Notes under the pieces: generated by a model
What the model was told of the DNA's origin: nothing
Databases searched by the model: none
What the model saw: only the letters and a program-made list of their open reading frames with translations
Assembly: GCA_020891255.1 (NCBI GenBank)
Contig: BQFW01000006.1
Location: forward strand, 1,302,001 to 1,366,000
DNA length: 64,000 nucleotides
Direction: 5' to 3'
Source of the DNA: Entomortierella parvispora E1425
Lineage: Eukaryota > Fungi > Mortierellomycota
Position numbers and translations under genes: made by a program
Shown: positions 11,336 to 25,400 of the stretch, piece by piece
How positions within the stretch are numbered: the first letter of the stretch is position 1
Layout of the letters: the number at the start of each line of letters is the position of its first letter

Positions 11336-13112
11336 CCGAGTGGGCGCGCTGGTTCGTTCATGTCCCAGGCTGGGAGTTTTTTTTTTTTTTTTTTTTTTCT
11401 GTTTGGTGGGATGTCGGCCCATGGGTGCTGCAGCAACGAGGCAGCCAAAAGGAAATTATAATCTTAGAAAAGGGGACACACGAAGGGGAGAGGAGATCAG
11501 AAGAAGAAAACCCTCCAGAAGCGGAAAGGAGACGGACAGGAGGAGGGGCAAACAACTAAAGCGACCTACTGACTGACAGTCGCACAAAGAACGACGCACG
11601 CGCAAAAAAAAAAAAAAAAAAAAAAAAAAGAGAGAAAGAGATGGACAATGACGAGGACCTTTTGGGTCGGTGTTGTCAAAAGGCCTTGGGTGCTTGCATC
11701 AACATGCATGGGCTATCCCAACGGGACCACCGGTCGGCATCGTGGTTTCCCTTCTGCATGGACGACCCACTCTTCTTCATCATCATCACCATCATCTCTG
11801 TTGTTCTCTTTCACTCTTTTCTTCTGTCTCTTCTGTCTCTTCCGTCTCTCTGTCTCTCTCTGTCTGTCGCTTGTCTCTTTCTCGTGATGAGATGTCCATG
11901 TTTTGGTTGGTCTATCGGTCGACGCAACCACGATCAGGAGCTGACCTGTGCTTCCAATCGTCTAATGGTGTGGTTACGACGTGCGTATTTGTGTACGTTT
12001 GTCTGTGCCTTTTTTGATGTTTCCTCAAGATGCAGCAGTTGAGGACGGTTGGTCCAAGCGGGCTTGTGCTTGTGACCACCTCATTTGATTGTTTTGCCTT
12101 TTGTTTCTAGCTTGTGTATGTCCCCCCAAAAAGTCAACCCAACCGACAGAGATGGCTAGAGATTAGGATGGGACCTGAGAGAAAAGGCAGCAAAAAAAAA
12201 AAAAAAGCAATGGCCAAGGGGCGGGGGGTGCGTGCGTTCGCGCGCAAACGCACGCGTTGATTGCTTTTCGCTCGGGTTCATGTCGACCATGACAACAACA
12301 CACGACCGACCTGCGCTTGAACGTCGCGTCTTTTTTTTTTTTTTTTTTTTTTTTTTTTGTTTTTCTCGTCTTTTTTAGTTTCCGGACTTTGAACGAACAA
12401 TCCTCATGCTGCAGGCCCCTCCCCTTCCTCCTCCCCCCCTTTCCATTTACCCCTTCTCTCAACATTCACGCAGTCTATCTTTCTGTGTATCTTTTTGTTC
12501 GCTCGCCGTCCGTCTCTATCACTCACCCTGTTGGAACCCCCTCTCACCCTTTTCGCCGATGCATCAGGGTTGCACGGAAAAAAAAAGAGATCACCCATGG
12601 GCGAGTTTGTACTCAAAATTGACCAAAAAGAGAAAAAACCAAAAAAGATAGCAGGTCGTTTTAGACCCAGATGAGGGAACGGACCACCCAATTGCTGGAC
12701 TGTTTGAGGACATCCCATGTTGGAGATTGTTGGATTGGATCGGCATGTTAGAAAAAACGTAAAAAAAAGCATGGGCCTTGTCGGATCTGGAGTGGGGATA
12801 CGTAAATGGCAAGACAAGCCAGAGACAGAGAGACAGACAGACAGACGGACAGATGATAGAGAGAGAGAGAGAGATGTAGCAATTGAGTCCACTTGCCCCT
12901 TTGGACATGATTGTTCAATGTGAACCCCTTACTCCTTGCCTTTCTCTTCTTTTATCACTCATCGGCACTTACTCTCTCTCTCTCTTCCTCTCGGGCTGTC
13001 TTCTCTGTTCAAGCTAGTTTGTTTGCATCGTGTTTCTCTTCTCTGAACAACAGCCATTGGAAGAGGGGCACGCGCCACGCAAGGCTAGCTCATCGGTGGG
13101 AAGCAAAGCAAA

Positions 13113-13149
<37 letters not shown>

Positions 13150-14475
13150 GATGTTGATGCTGTCGGCAGTGGGTCGGCGTCTCTTTATTTTTCTTTCCTC
13201 TGTGTTTTTTTATTTGCTTCTGGACGGTGTTGTTTATGAAGAAGGGACATTCAGGTCCAGTCATGGATTTGTCCGTTTCTCATGTTTCTTTTTTAGTCTC
13301 CTTACCCCATACCCCATCCTCTCTCCCCCCCCCTTTCGTTACACGAAAGAAGAATATCCGACCGAACATGAAACGTAAATCATTTCTCTCATTCTCTTTT
13401 TTTTTTTTCTGTCCGGGAGGAAAAAGAAGAAAACACAAAAAAACCTCGACAACACCGTGCAGCTTACTAAAAAAAAATATTGACGATTGGGGGAGCTGGA
13501 AGATGGGGGGGGGGGGTGAGGGAAGAGAGCCTTTGGGCGATGGACCGTCTCGTCTAGACATCCCAGTCTCTGATGATCTGTTTGTTGCTTTAATGGCTCT
13601 GGTTTTTTTCTTTCTTTTTCCTCTCTCTTCTTTCCTCTTCTTCCTCTCCATGACGGAAAAAAAAATAAATAACAATAACGCACGATCCCTTTCCTCCCAT
13701 GGGATTAAAATAGATTCCATGTGGGGAGATTGCAAAAAAGGGAGCCCAAATGGGATCCGCACTATGTTATTGGGGTTTGAGAGATCCTCGAGAGTTAGAG
13801 AAAATGACTGGTAGACGGGTGCATTTTGTTTGAGAGGAAGCAGGACGGATTGTTTTACGTTCTCCAGTTGCACTTTTTAGCTCGGGCTGGGCTGGGCTGG
13901 GGGTAACGGCAGGTCTTTTTTTCTCATCTCTCCATGTCTTCCCCCCACTTGCCCAGCTTTCCAGAATAGAATAAACAATGGCTCTCGGTTCATTTTCAAT
14001 TCTTTTCCCAGGCTCCTTGCAAGTCGGTCTCTGGTTTGATTTTTTTTTGTTTGCTTCACAGTGTTCACAGACAGCATTGAGAAAGGGGTGCAGCAAAGAT
14101 GGTGTTATCTTTGTTTGTTCCGCCGTTGGAGGACATCTGCAGCTCTGACGTGCATCTCTGACGTGCATTCTTTTTGATCACCCCTCTCATCCATTCAAAA
14201 GTCCAGAGCACAGTATGAATATAAAAAGTATATTAGAGTCTTCTAGCAAAGAAGAGTGAGGGGATTGATTAGGGAGATGGGGGGTGGGGGGAGAGAGAGG
14301 AAAAGACGTTTGTAGGAGTTGTGCTTTTCTGTAAGAGGTGGTGCAGGGGAGTGAAGCAATTAAATGGCGAGGATATAAAAGTACAAAATTAGGGTAAAAG
14401 AAAAAAACAAAAAGGGGATCAACGAGTGACTATAGGTCCAAAAGAACGCTACGTCCAAAAACAATGTGTAAAGCC

Positions 14476-17400
14476 TCACGTCGTATGCACGAGTTCATTC
14501 GACGCCCGAGGACTCAATGAGGGTGTGTGATGACCTCCTTTGGTCCCGCTTGACTCTTCAGCCGCTGCATGGGGTGTGTGTTGGTCACGTATCTTTCGAA
14601 GGAGACCTGCAGACAAAGGCCCAGTACTCGTTTCATGCCCCACATGCGCACTGTTTGAATCTCCATGGGCGTTTCTGATGGCATTCCTTGATGTGGCTCG
14701 AATAGAGTCCAGCTGGATGTTTGACGTGATTTCAGGGAGACCCTCGTGAGGTGGATGGCCCTGGGTGCGGGGTGGGCTCGGGTCAGTCGTCTGCTCCGTT
14801 TCTTCCAGGATGGGGCTGTCGCTGATCTTGCGTAATTTGTCATTTCTCTCTCTTGAGGCTTTAGGGTCCGGCTGGCCTCTCTCAATGTCTGTGGAGCTTG
14901 AAGAGGCTGGTATATTCGTCAAAGTACTATTCGTCAAAGTACTTGTATCGACGGGTGGATTGTTGGTATAAATCATTGGACTTGTATGCCATGTCAGGGT
15001 GGGCAGAGGGTCGTGTGTTGTTCGCCTTGAGAACTTTCTGAAAAGTCGAGGTTGTTCAAAGGCGGCACTGGGATTGTGTATCGAGAGTGCGTTGAGAATG
15101 TTGGATCCAGATGGGTCCGAGGCGACTGTCAAAGGCTCCTTGTGATGCTCCGGAGAGTGCTCCGTGGTAGGCAGTATCCTTTGACTTCTCTCCACACTGG
15201 AGCTGTCGCTGGATGAACCTGTATGGCCTTCCACCTTTGCCAAGGATTTGAAGCTCACTTCCTCCTGCTCGTCTTCTGGGTATATTGTAGGAAAGTGACC
15301 GCTGTATCTCCTTGCATGCTCATCAAAGAAATAGTCGCTGTTGCGTCGAGTCGAGTGAGAAGTCGAGTTATTGACGAGCATGGCGGGTCGCCTCGGTCTG
15401 GGGTCGTTCGTAATGCCCTCTTCAAGCATTGTATTGGGATTGTCGTCTCGGACAGTCGAGCCATACTTTTCTTGAAAGTAGACCAAAAGCATCCTTGGAG
15501 GCGGCAATGAGAAGATGGGGCATGCGATGAGGCGCAAGCAGAGGTCCAACGACTGGGCCTGCGGTGTAAACACTTCGTTGCCCTTTGTCATGTAGTAAAC
15601 AAACATGGACAAGTAGCCCTGTGTGGAAAAAAAAATAGCTGTGGTTAGTTGCATGAAATTTGTAAAGATCGGCTGTGCAACACGTAGCCAAAGAAAGCTC
15701 CTTGAGAGAGAGAGAGAAACTTTAGCCCGAGAATGTCCCCTGTGAGCCACCTTTCTGACCCAAATATCGTTCACAAGGCAGACACAGCGCCCTGCGGCCA
15801 GCCAACCAAGTTGAAGGCGCTAGCGCACCCGTCAGTGAGGGAATGTGGATAGGGTGGCCCGCCTTGCCAGACGAGGGCTGATGTGAACAGTCTGGACTGA
15901 CGGGAGGACAAACACGAACACAAGGCGGCCGCGCTCTCTTTCCATTTCATTTTCTACTGCTTCGTTCCGTTTGGTCGCCCAATGGGTCTCGCTCAAGATT
16001 CGGGCTCTGGCCAGAGAACTATGATATTTCGCTTTGCGGTCGTTTTTTTTTTTTTTTTTTTTTTTTTCCCTGCTTCCCTTCTTTTTGAGCCTTGCCCATG
16101 CCATATCATGTCATGTCATGCAAGCTATCGATGACCAGTCCATCTCCGACGAGAGCATTCCACGGGGAAAAGGTAGACGCGACAAAGAATACAAGAATAC
16201 AAAGCAGACTCTTACCAAACATGTCACGCCGAGAGAACTAAGATACCACGTTCCAACTGCAAGAGTGTTGCTGTCTGCAATCATGGCAACGCCTGCATTG
16301 TGGTGATGCCGTACCAACGGGACCTATGTTTGACAGCATAGAGAGAGATGGGAAAAATAAACATGAGCTTACATAAAGAGATGGCCTATGTTTTGCAAGT
16401 TCAAAGCCCAAGTCAGCGCAGTCTGGTGGGATGTTTTCAATAAATCAAGGAGCAAGCGAGTTGCTTCCCCGCTTGGTTCTTCCTCACGCAACAACAGTAC
16501 TGTTTGAGCGCTGTTACACTTGGAAGATGAGAAAGGAGAGGAAGAAGAGGATTGATGTTCGACCATGAGTTCTCACAGCCAAAAAAAAAAAAAAAAAAAA
16601 AAAAAAAGAAGCGATAACGATAAAATAAATAAACAAAAAATGGCTTTTGGGAGGACAAGGGCAAAAGGTGACAACGGTTGCATAAACTGGCGCGATGGAT
16701 GGAGCATCGTCCGATGCACACACAAAAGAAGCAAAAAGAAAGAATCGAAATAGGCTAGAAAGCACGATAGGGAAAAGAGCAGTAGAAGGAACCGGTGTCA
16801 CAGTGCGAGCAAAGAAAGAAAGAGAAAAAAGAAAAAAAGAAAAAAAAACTTTGGGCTGGGTCTGGTGCGGTCTGGACTGACCAGGTGTGGGCAGTAGAGA
16901 AGAGACGACGGAGGGACCGTGGAAAAAAAAAAAAAAAAAAAAAAAAGATGAGGATGAACAACAGAAGAAAGATGCGGAGCAAGACGAGGGTTTCTCGCTC
17001 AGTGCTGTTGGGTTTGTATGTGGTCAAGCATCTCTCATTTTTTTTGCTTTTAGTTTTTAGATGTCGTTGCCACAGACAAGGGAGACGCGTTTCGAGCTTT
17101 GTTGGGGAAAGGTCGTTTCCCAAGCGTCTGTTTGTTTGGCGTGATTCATGCAGAGAGAGAGAGAGAGAGAAGACAGAGAGAGAGAGAGAGACTTTGCAAC
17201 GGAACCGTTTCCGATGCTTTCTCCTGCTCAAAGCACATCTCACATCTCTGCTCTTTGACCCCCTCGAATAAAATCACGATCATGACAGATAGATATAAAT
17301 CTCTAGAAGAGACAGGGGGGTGAACAAACAGCCCACTTACAAAGAGATAGGTGATGGTGACGGCACAGGCGAGGACCATGACCAACTGGCGCACCCAGTA

Positions 17401-17826
17401 GATCCAGAGGACGGGCGTGGCCTCGCGTGGAAGCGAGCCCGAGCCAAAGACTGCATAGCAATAGTAGGAGAGCTCGGCGATGGCCACGGCGTCGTAGAGG
17501 AGCACAGAGCCGAGGGCGGTGCGCCAGATGAAGGTCTGGTGGCGGGTGAGGGGGTAGAATGCATAGCCGAGATGGATGATGGTGGTGATGACCCATGTCA
17601 GGGAGATGCACTCTGCGACAAACTGGTAGACCCAGAAGATGGACAGCGACACGCGTTGGGTCGCGTAGACGATGGAGAGGGCCGAGATGGATAGGCCAAA
17701 GACGGCCATGACGGCAGCACCGAGTCGAAGGGGAGTCCGAGAGCGATAGAACTGGACTGTGCAAAGACAGGCCAGGACAAAGCAGTAAACGGTGGCGACG
17801 ATAGTGCTGGGTATTGTGGGAATCAT
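14476..17826 (-). CDS. Seven-transmembrane protein A (GPCR-like or RTA1-like), ~578 aa; join(17341..17826,16216..16323,14476..15618)
   Basis: Phase-0 GTAAGT/TAG and GTAAGA/CAG introns give a continuous frame with 7 hydrophobic segments and a Ser/Thr/Pro-rich tail. The protein is a clear paralog of 22448..27704 (RSRTPLRL, FxAE, GxxFYP, YLFVPL..H, GxWYLS, VYY, LDLC.R...PIF.LP.P). Confidence 0.82.
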
Positions 17827-18130
17827 TACGAGCGAGAGAGAGAGAGAGTGTGTGTGTGTATCGAGGAAGGAAGGGGAGAGGGAGAGGGAGAGAGAAGGAA
17901 GATATGTGCATCCACCAGCCAAGAGCGGGGAAAAGGAAGAGAAGAGGAGGGAGAGAGAGAGGGAGGGAGAGAGAGGGAGAGAGAGAGAGGAGAAAGAGTG
18001 CGTGCGCTCGGCGGAGGATGAAGATGGAGGAGAGAATCTTAGACGAGATGGAATGTCAGTCTCATTATCGGATGACGAGTGATCCTCAGATGGGGGGGTG
18101 GAAGGAGGAGGAGGGGGAGGAGAAGAAGGA

Positions 18131-18244
18131 GAAAGTAATGAAAGTAATGAAAGTAATGAAAGTAATGAAAGTAGTGAATCGAAAAGGAATGAAATGAACA
18201 ATCGGGAAGAGAAGAGGAATGAAATGAACAATCGGGAAGAGAAG
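18131..18244. repeat. (GAAAGTAAT)x5 minisatellite followed by a 30-bp tandem duplication
   Basis: The 9-mer spans 18131-18175, and aggaatgaaatgaacaatcgggaagagaag occurs twice at 18185-18244, in the 7TM-A/PHYHD1 divergent region. Confidence 0.9.
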
Positions 18245-18664
18245 AGGACAGAGAGAGAGAGAGGGAGAAAAAAAGAGAAAGAGAGAGTGCAGTGCCGTGG
18301 ACCTTTTTTTTTTCTTTTTTCTTTTTTGGTGCCTTGTTTCCACAGGGGGAAAGATAGAATAAGAATAATCTCGGAAAGGAAAGGAGCGGTCGATGGGGGC
18401 GCGACAGGGGAGGGAGGGAGACAGAGGGAGAGGGAGAGGGAGAGGGAGAGGATTATGTGTGTGTGTGGAGGGGACATGGGATGTGGGTGGGTCAAGTGAT
18501 TTTTGATTCCTGGCTTTCTTTTCTTTCTTTTTCTTTTTCCTTTCTTTCTTTGCCTTGGTTCCCTTTCTTCATCTCGCTACTCTTTCTCTTTCCTCTCTTC
18601 TCTCCTTTCTCTCCTTTCTCTCCTTTCTCCCTTCTCTCATCCTCCCTTCCTTCTTTCGACCACC

Positions 18665-20314
<1,650 letters not shown>

Positions 20315-21685
20315 ACAAATAACCACCTTCGCTTCACCTGGACATGGACCAAACCCTGCAAACACACCGACCACTTTTCTTTATTAATTTCTCGTGATCA
20401 ACAAAGACATAGTTTTCATGCAAGGATCGTCGGCACTGCAAACACCAAAATCCATTAAAGAATAGGCCAGACCAGGTCTCCTAGAACCACACCTGCTGAT
20501 CGATTGTGAGAGAGTTGGGGAAAACAAGACTTTTGAAACTCAAGAGGCTCTCTTGACTTTCAATGGTGACACAACTGGGCGGGATTGGTGGACATGGGGT
20601 TTGGACCACAACAAGCCCTTCATTTGCCCTGTTGGTGTGTGGACACAAGATTTTAAAAAAGAAATGAGGACGTCAGGAAGAGTCTTGGCAGAAAAACGGC
20701 GGGATAACTACGAACCACAAGAGAGGTTAGAGCGGACACGTCGTGCTAGCGGGCTATCGTCTAGAGGGAAGGAAGAAGCTCTGAAGCTGGGGACCTCACT
20801 TCGGATAAATCCACATTGAAATGACAGGTACATGAGAATATTGAACGCCATGGGACAAAAAACCGAAAAGGTGGGCCTTAGACGAAGTGCTCTCTCTTTT
20901 TTCTTTTTTTTTTTTTTTGCAAGGGCGCAGACGAATAGCAAGTAGCAACATACAAATCATCCAACAAACAAAAACGAGGGCGAATTTCTGGACACATGGT
21001 CAGGGGCCGTGTGGGATGTGATTCCATGGATGTCGACAAGGGTCTCCAACTGATGACGACTGACTCTGCAGATGACATACCGTCAGGTCAGCGACGAGGG
21101 TTGAGTGCATGCAGGCCGCAACAAGATAACCACCCCGTGTTCGATCCTTGTCCCACCCTTCCACCACACGCGACGTCTAATCGATCGTTGGTGCCTGGCA
21201 TGGAAGTGCACCATTAGACCATTTGAAAGGAAGGGGAATGGATGCAAGGAAGAGAGGGAGGACAGATACAACAAGAACAAGGCTCTACCTCACTGCACTA
21301 GTATGTATAATACATGTACACCCATTTATCGATCGAGACCAGCAAAGGCAAAGAACGAGGATAGCCCTTCTTTTTGCTCCCTCCAATGGTACCACCTTCC
21401 AGGGCAAAGCCATGGGGCGGAGGCAGGGGCACAACAATAATCTCCATCGTCGCACGTTGTATCGCCCTTTTGGCTCTCTTTCTGCTTCTGCTCTCATGTC
21501 ATGGACTCTCTCTCTCTCTCTCTATCTGTCTCTGTTTGTTACACTTTCAACTCATTCTCACGTAGAGTTCCTTCGCCCTCTGCTGGGGTCTCTTCTTGTC
21601 TTGTTCCTTCCTTTTCCTCCTTTTTTGCTGCTTCTTGTCTCTCTGCTCTGCTCTTCTTGACCCCATCCATCCCCCCTCTCAACTA

Positions 21686-21721
21686 ATTCATTCATTCATT
21701 CATTCATTCATTCATTCATTC
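21686..21721. repeat. (ATTC)9 microsatellite
   Basis: Read directly from the sequence. Confidence 0.9.
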
Positions 21722-22447
21722 ATACTCATTCCCCCCCCCCCTTTTTTTTCTTTTTCATCCGTCGCGTCCTCATCATTGCCGTCTCCTCTGTCATTCATTT
21801 CTTCACTCAACTCGGCTGATTATACCCTCCTCCATCTCTTCTTTCCTTTGTCCTACAATTAACCCTCCGCCTGACTTTGTTCTCTTTCCACTCTCCCCCT
21901 GCATTGCATCATTCCCACCGTCCATCTTAAAGCACATACCCGTCATTAATCCCGTTCATTCATTCACCGTTTCGTGCTTGCGGCGCGACAAGGTGCACGC
22001 GTCGTTCCACTCGACATAATTCAGGCACACCCTATCCTATCGCCCCTTTGCTCTTTTTATCGCCCTCCCTCCACCCGTCTATTTCTATTTCGGTTTCGTG
22101 TCAGCCACAGTACCGTCGCGTCGTTACATTACTCTATCTGCTGCCGATCCACCCCTACATCGTCAGAGATACGCTGTTTCTCCCTTGGGCGAGCAATTAA
22201 AAAAAACACTGGGTACTGTACCTGGCGCATACATGCAATGTTCTACCTCCCTGCTTGCCTGCATGCATGACCGATATTGCCTTCTAACTCAGAAAGCTTT
22301 TTTTTTATCCTCCTACAGATTTTTTTTTTTTTTTTTTCAGTTGTTGGGTCTCGGAGAGCATAGAATAGATCGTCCTTCCTCTGGAATTTTCCCGGTCTTT
22401 GGCCCTGCGTCTCGTCGTCCCCCCCTTTTTTGCACTCGACCTCGGCA

Positions 22448-25400
22448 ATGTCGTCCTGTTGGAATCAAGGCGCTGGATGGAACGGCCGAAACTGGACCTT
22501 CAATCGTCCTGCCGGGTCCACAGCTTCGGCAGTAGCCTACGACTACAGTTATGGCTCATATGGCGCGTATCGCTGGTGGGATGAAGAATCCACCTCGAAC
22601 TGCACAATGTTCCAGGATGGTCAGAACACGACTCATCATCGTGGTGGGCCAATGGACTGGAAAGTGAACGCCAACGTCAGTTACCTTGTGGCGACCTGCT
22701 ACATTTCCTTCCTGACCCTGATAGCTTTCATCATGGTCATGCGAAGTCGGACACCACTGCGTTTGATTGCATGTGGCTGCACAGTCCTCGGTCTATCGAT
22801 TGCCATCCTGGGTCTTCTCCAAAACCAATTCCGCTTCCCCAGGAACTGGTTCTGGCTCTGGAATTTTATAGCAGAAACGATAGGCGTGGTCGCGTTGACG
22901 TTCACCATCGTAACGGTCGGCAATGGCTTTTACCCTATATCGTGCCGGAGGAACAAGTTTTGGAAATTGTCAACAGGTCTGATCGTCTTGTACACCCTCG
23001 TTGCGATTGCGCATATTATTGCATACCTGCAACAAAAAGTTGTTTTCCACAGCATATCGGGAAGCGAGATTTCAAACCTACAACAAGAAGTGATCGATGC
23101 AGGGTTAAAGACCGCTGGGCAATTGGCGATGGAAGAGTGCTTTGCACAGTGTTTACAAAAGATCCCTGCTGGAAACTTGACTCTAACAGGGGTCGACAAT
23201 TGGACGCAACTTCCCTGGTCGCTCCGAGAAGTCTTTGCTCGACCCATTCAGTGGGCTTATGTGACCAACCAACTGCTGATGGTTGTGACCATTGCTTGGG
23301 CGTCAGTGTACCTTTTCGTGCCGCTGTTGATGCACCACCGCAACCGCCCAGACCTCGTCGATCGACCCATTGACAGCGATATGATGGCCATTGGTGTTTG
23401 GTACCTAAGTTGTGTCATGACCTTGACTGTGGTAAGCTATAAATGAAGGTCATTTTGCTTGTTGCTGTTGTTCAAATCCTTCATCCCATACACCTCTTTC
23501 TAACCATCAGATTTTCCTCCCATGTACCGGAAATTACTTTTTTAGGCCTGCACCATCCTCAATGTCTATTATTGTTTTCAAAAAGAACTCATATTTCAAC
23601 AACAAGTTCAGGCCTTGGATCTCTGCATTCGCGTAACGCTTGGACCCATTTTCTTCTTACCAGCCCCTTCGTTTTTGATAAGGTTCTATCGTGAACGATT
23701 CAAGAAGAATGGGTCCACTGTGGGCTGGTCACCTCGATATGGACGTCGAGAAGACAATACTGGACGCAGGACAGTTTGTTCGAATGGATCCTTTGGGACA
23801 TTGGAGGAGCTTGATGACAACGCAAGCTTTAGGGGACCCACGGACGAGATGGGACCAGGAACATCCAACGGAGTGACGTTAGAGGCGGTCATTGCTGCAG
23901 CATCCAGCAACCCTTCCAACAACAACCACAAAAGTCAAAAACACTTGAGCAGCGGGAGCCTCTATGATCGGATGAAGGGAGGCTTTCAGAGTCGGAACCG
24001 AGACGGATCCATGGACAGCAATAAGGTTTTTAATCAGGACTTTGACCTTGGTGATCATCCAGACTACCATACTACCGACGACGAGATTACTCATTCCAAC
24101 ATCGAGCCACCCAAGACGAGAGCTCGATCAGAGTTGTCGACTTATCAGGTCCCCGCATCACACTTCAGCAACGACCCTGTCTATGAGAAACAACAAGGAC
24201 CCTCTGTTCCGTTGGCTGGGTTTGTTCCCTCGAGCGTGGAAGTACAGCGGCCTGAGCCTGCTTGGATCGCTATGAAGAACTGGAGCAAAGATGTTTCGCC
24301 AGGACCTCCTGATATGGATAAGACGGACGACACGAACAAGGAAGTCCTAATCGAGAGAGAGCGGACTGGTATGTATTTTCTCATCTATATCATTCATGAA
24401 CTACAAAGTCTTTGTACCGACTTTTTAACAAATCTTTGTGCAAAATCCAGTTCCAACGGAGAACACAGACCGGACGTCAATGGCGGATCTAACTGGGACC
24501 ACAGGTTGGGAAATCGGCGGTTGGGGACACGACCGGGAGACTTCGGACGGAAACGAAGTCAGCCTTGCGCATCCATTGGAACAACCTTACCCATCGCTGG
24601 CTCCATCCCCTTCACCCTCGCCTTTGCCTGTATCCCGACCTAGGCGTAAAGGACGGACCACAAGTCTAGACTCTGCATTTGACGATAGCATTGACCTAGA
24701 CCTCGATAAAATCGACATCCCTGTTGAGCAATTGACTGGATTGCAGAGACAGTTGGCAGAATATCGCTCCGCCTTGCTCCCCGCCGTCCTGGCTATGCAA
24801 GACCTTGCCACCCGTGGACCACCCTCAGTGACGTTCGAAAGTGAGGACCAGGAAGACGAGGACGAAAAGACAGCGGACAATGGTCGACCTTTGCCTAGAG
24901 CAAATGCAGCCGCTGTGGAAGAGAAGCCCGTTCGATTCCGGGCCACATCCGAAGCACCATCGAGACAGCCCGTGCCGAGGATGACGGATACAATTCGGGA
25001 AGTGGAGTCTTATCCAGAGATGTTTCCCTTGCCACCCACCCACTCAGTCCCTGTGCAGTCCTGGGGCAAAGCAGCCAAGATCCCCAAGGCTGAGGGCGCC
25101 AAGGCTGCTGCGGCTGTTGCGGCTGCTGCCTCCAACGGCCAGAATGCAACGACTGAGAAATCTGGATTTAGAAAGTGGCTCCCAGGCAAGAAAGGTCACA
25201 CGACAGATGCCCCTCTTCAGGAAGCAACCACTGCACAGTCAAAGAAGGTTGAGCACAGCTCATCCACAGCTCCGTCTATGACTTCCCCTAGTGTTGTTGC
25301 TTTGGACACCAAGGGAAATAAGAACAGCAGCCACAACAACTCAAACTCTGACGGAACACATGCATCAAACAAGAATCCAAAGCCAAAGGATGGACGCAAG

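Noticed and set aside
14146-14170. Tandem TGACGTGCAT duplication (CRE-like)
   Set aside because: Only two copies of a short motif with no assignable target gene.
8200-14400. Many 60-265 aa ORFs such as 10625..11422, 13227..13814 and 13280..13873
   Set aside because: They are translations of poly-A/T and (CT)/(GT) repeats (poly-K, poly-F, SLSL) with no recognisable domain.
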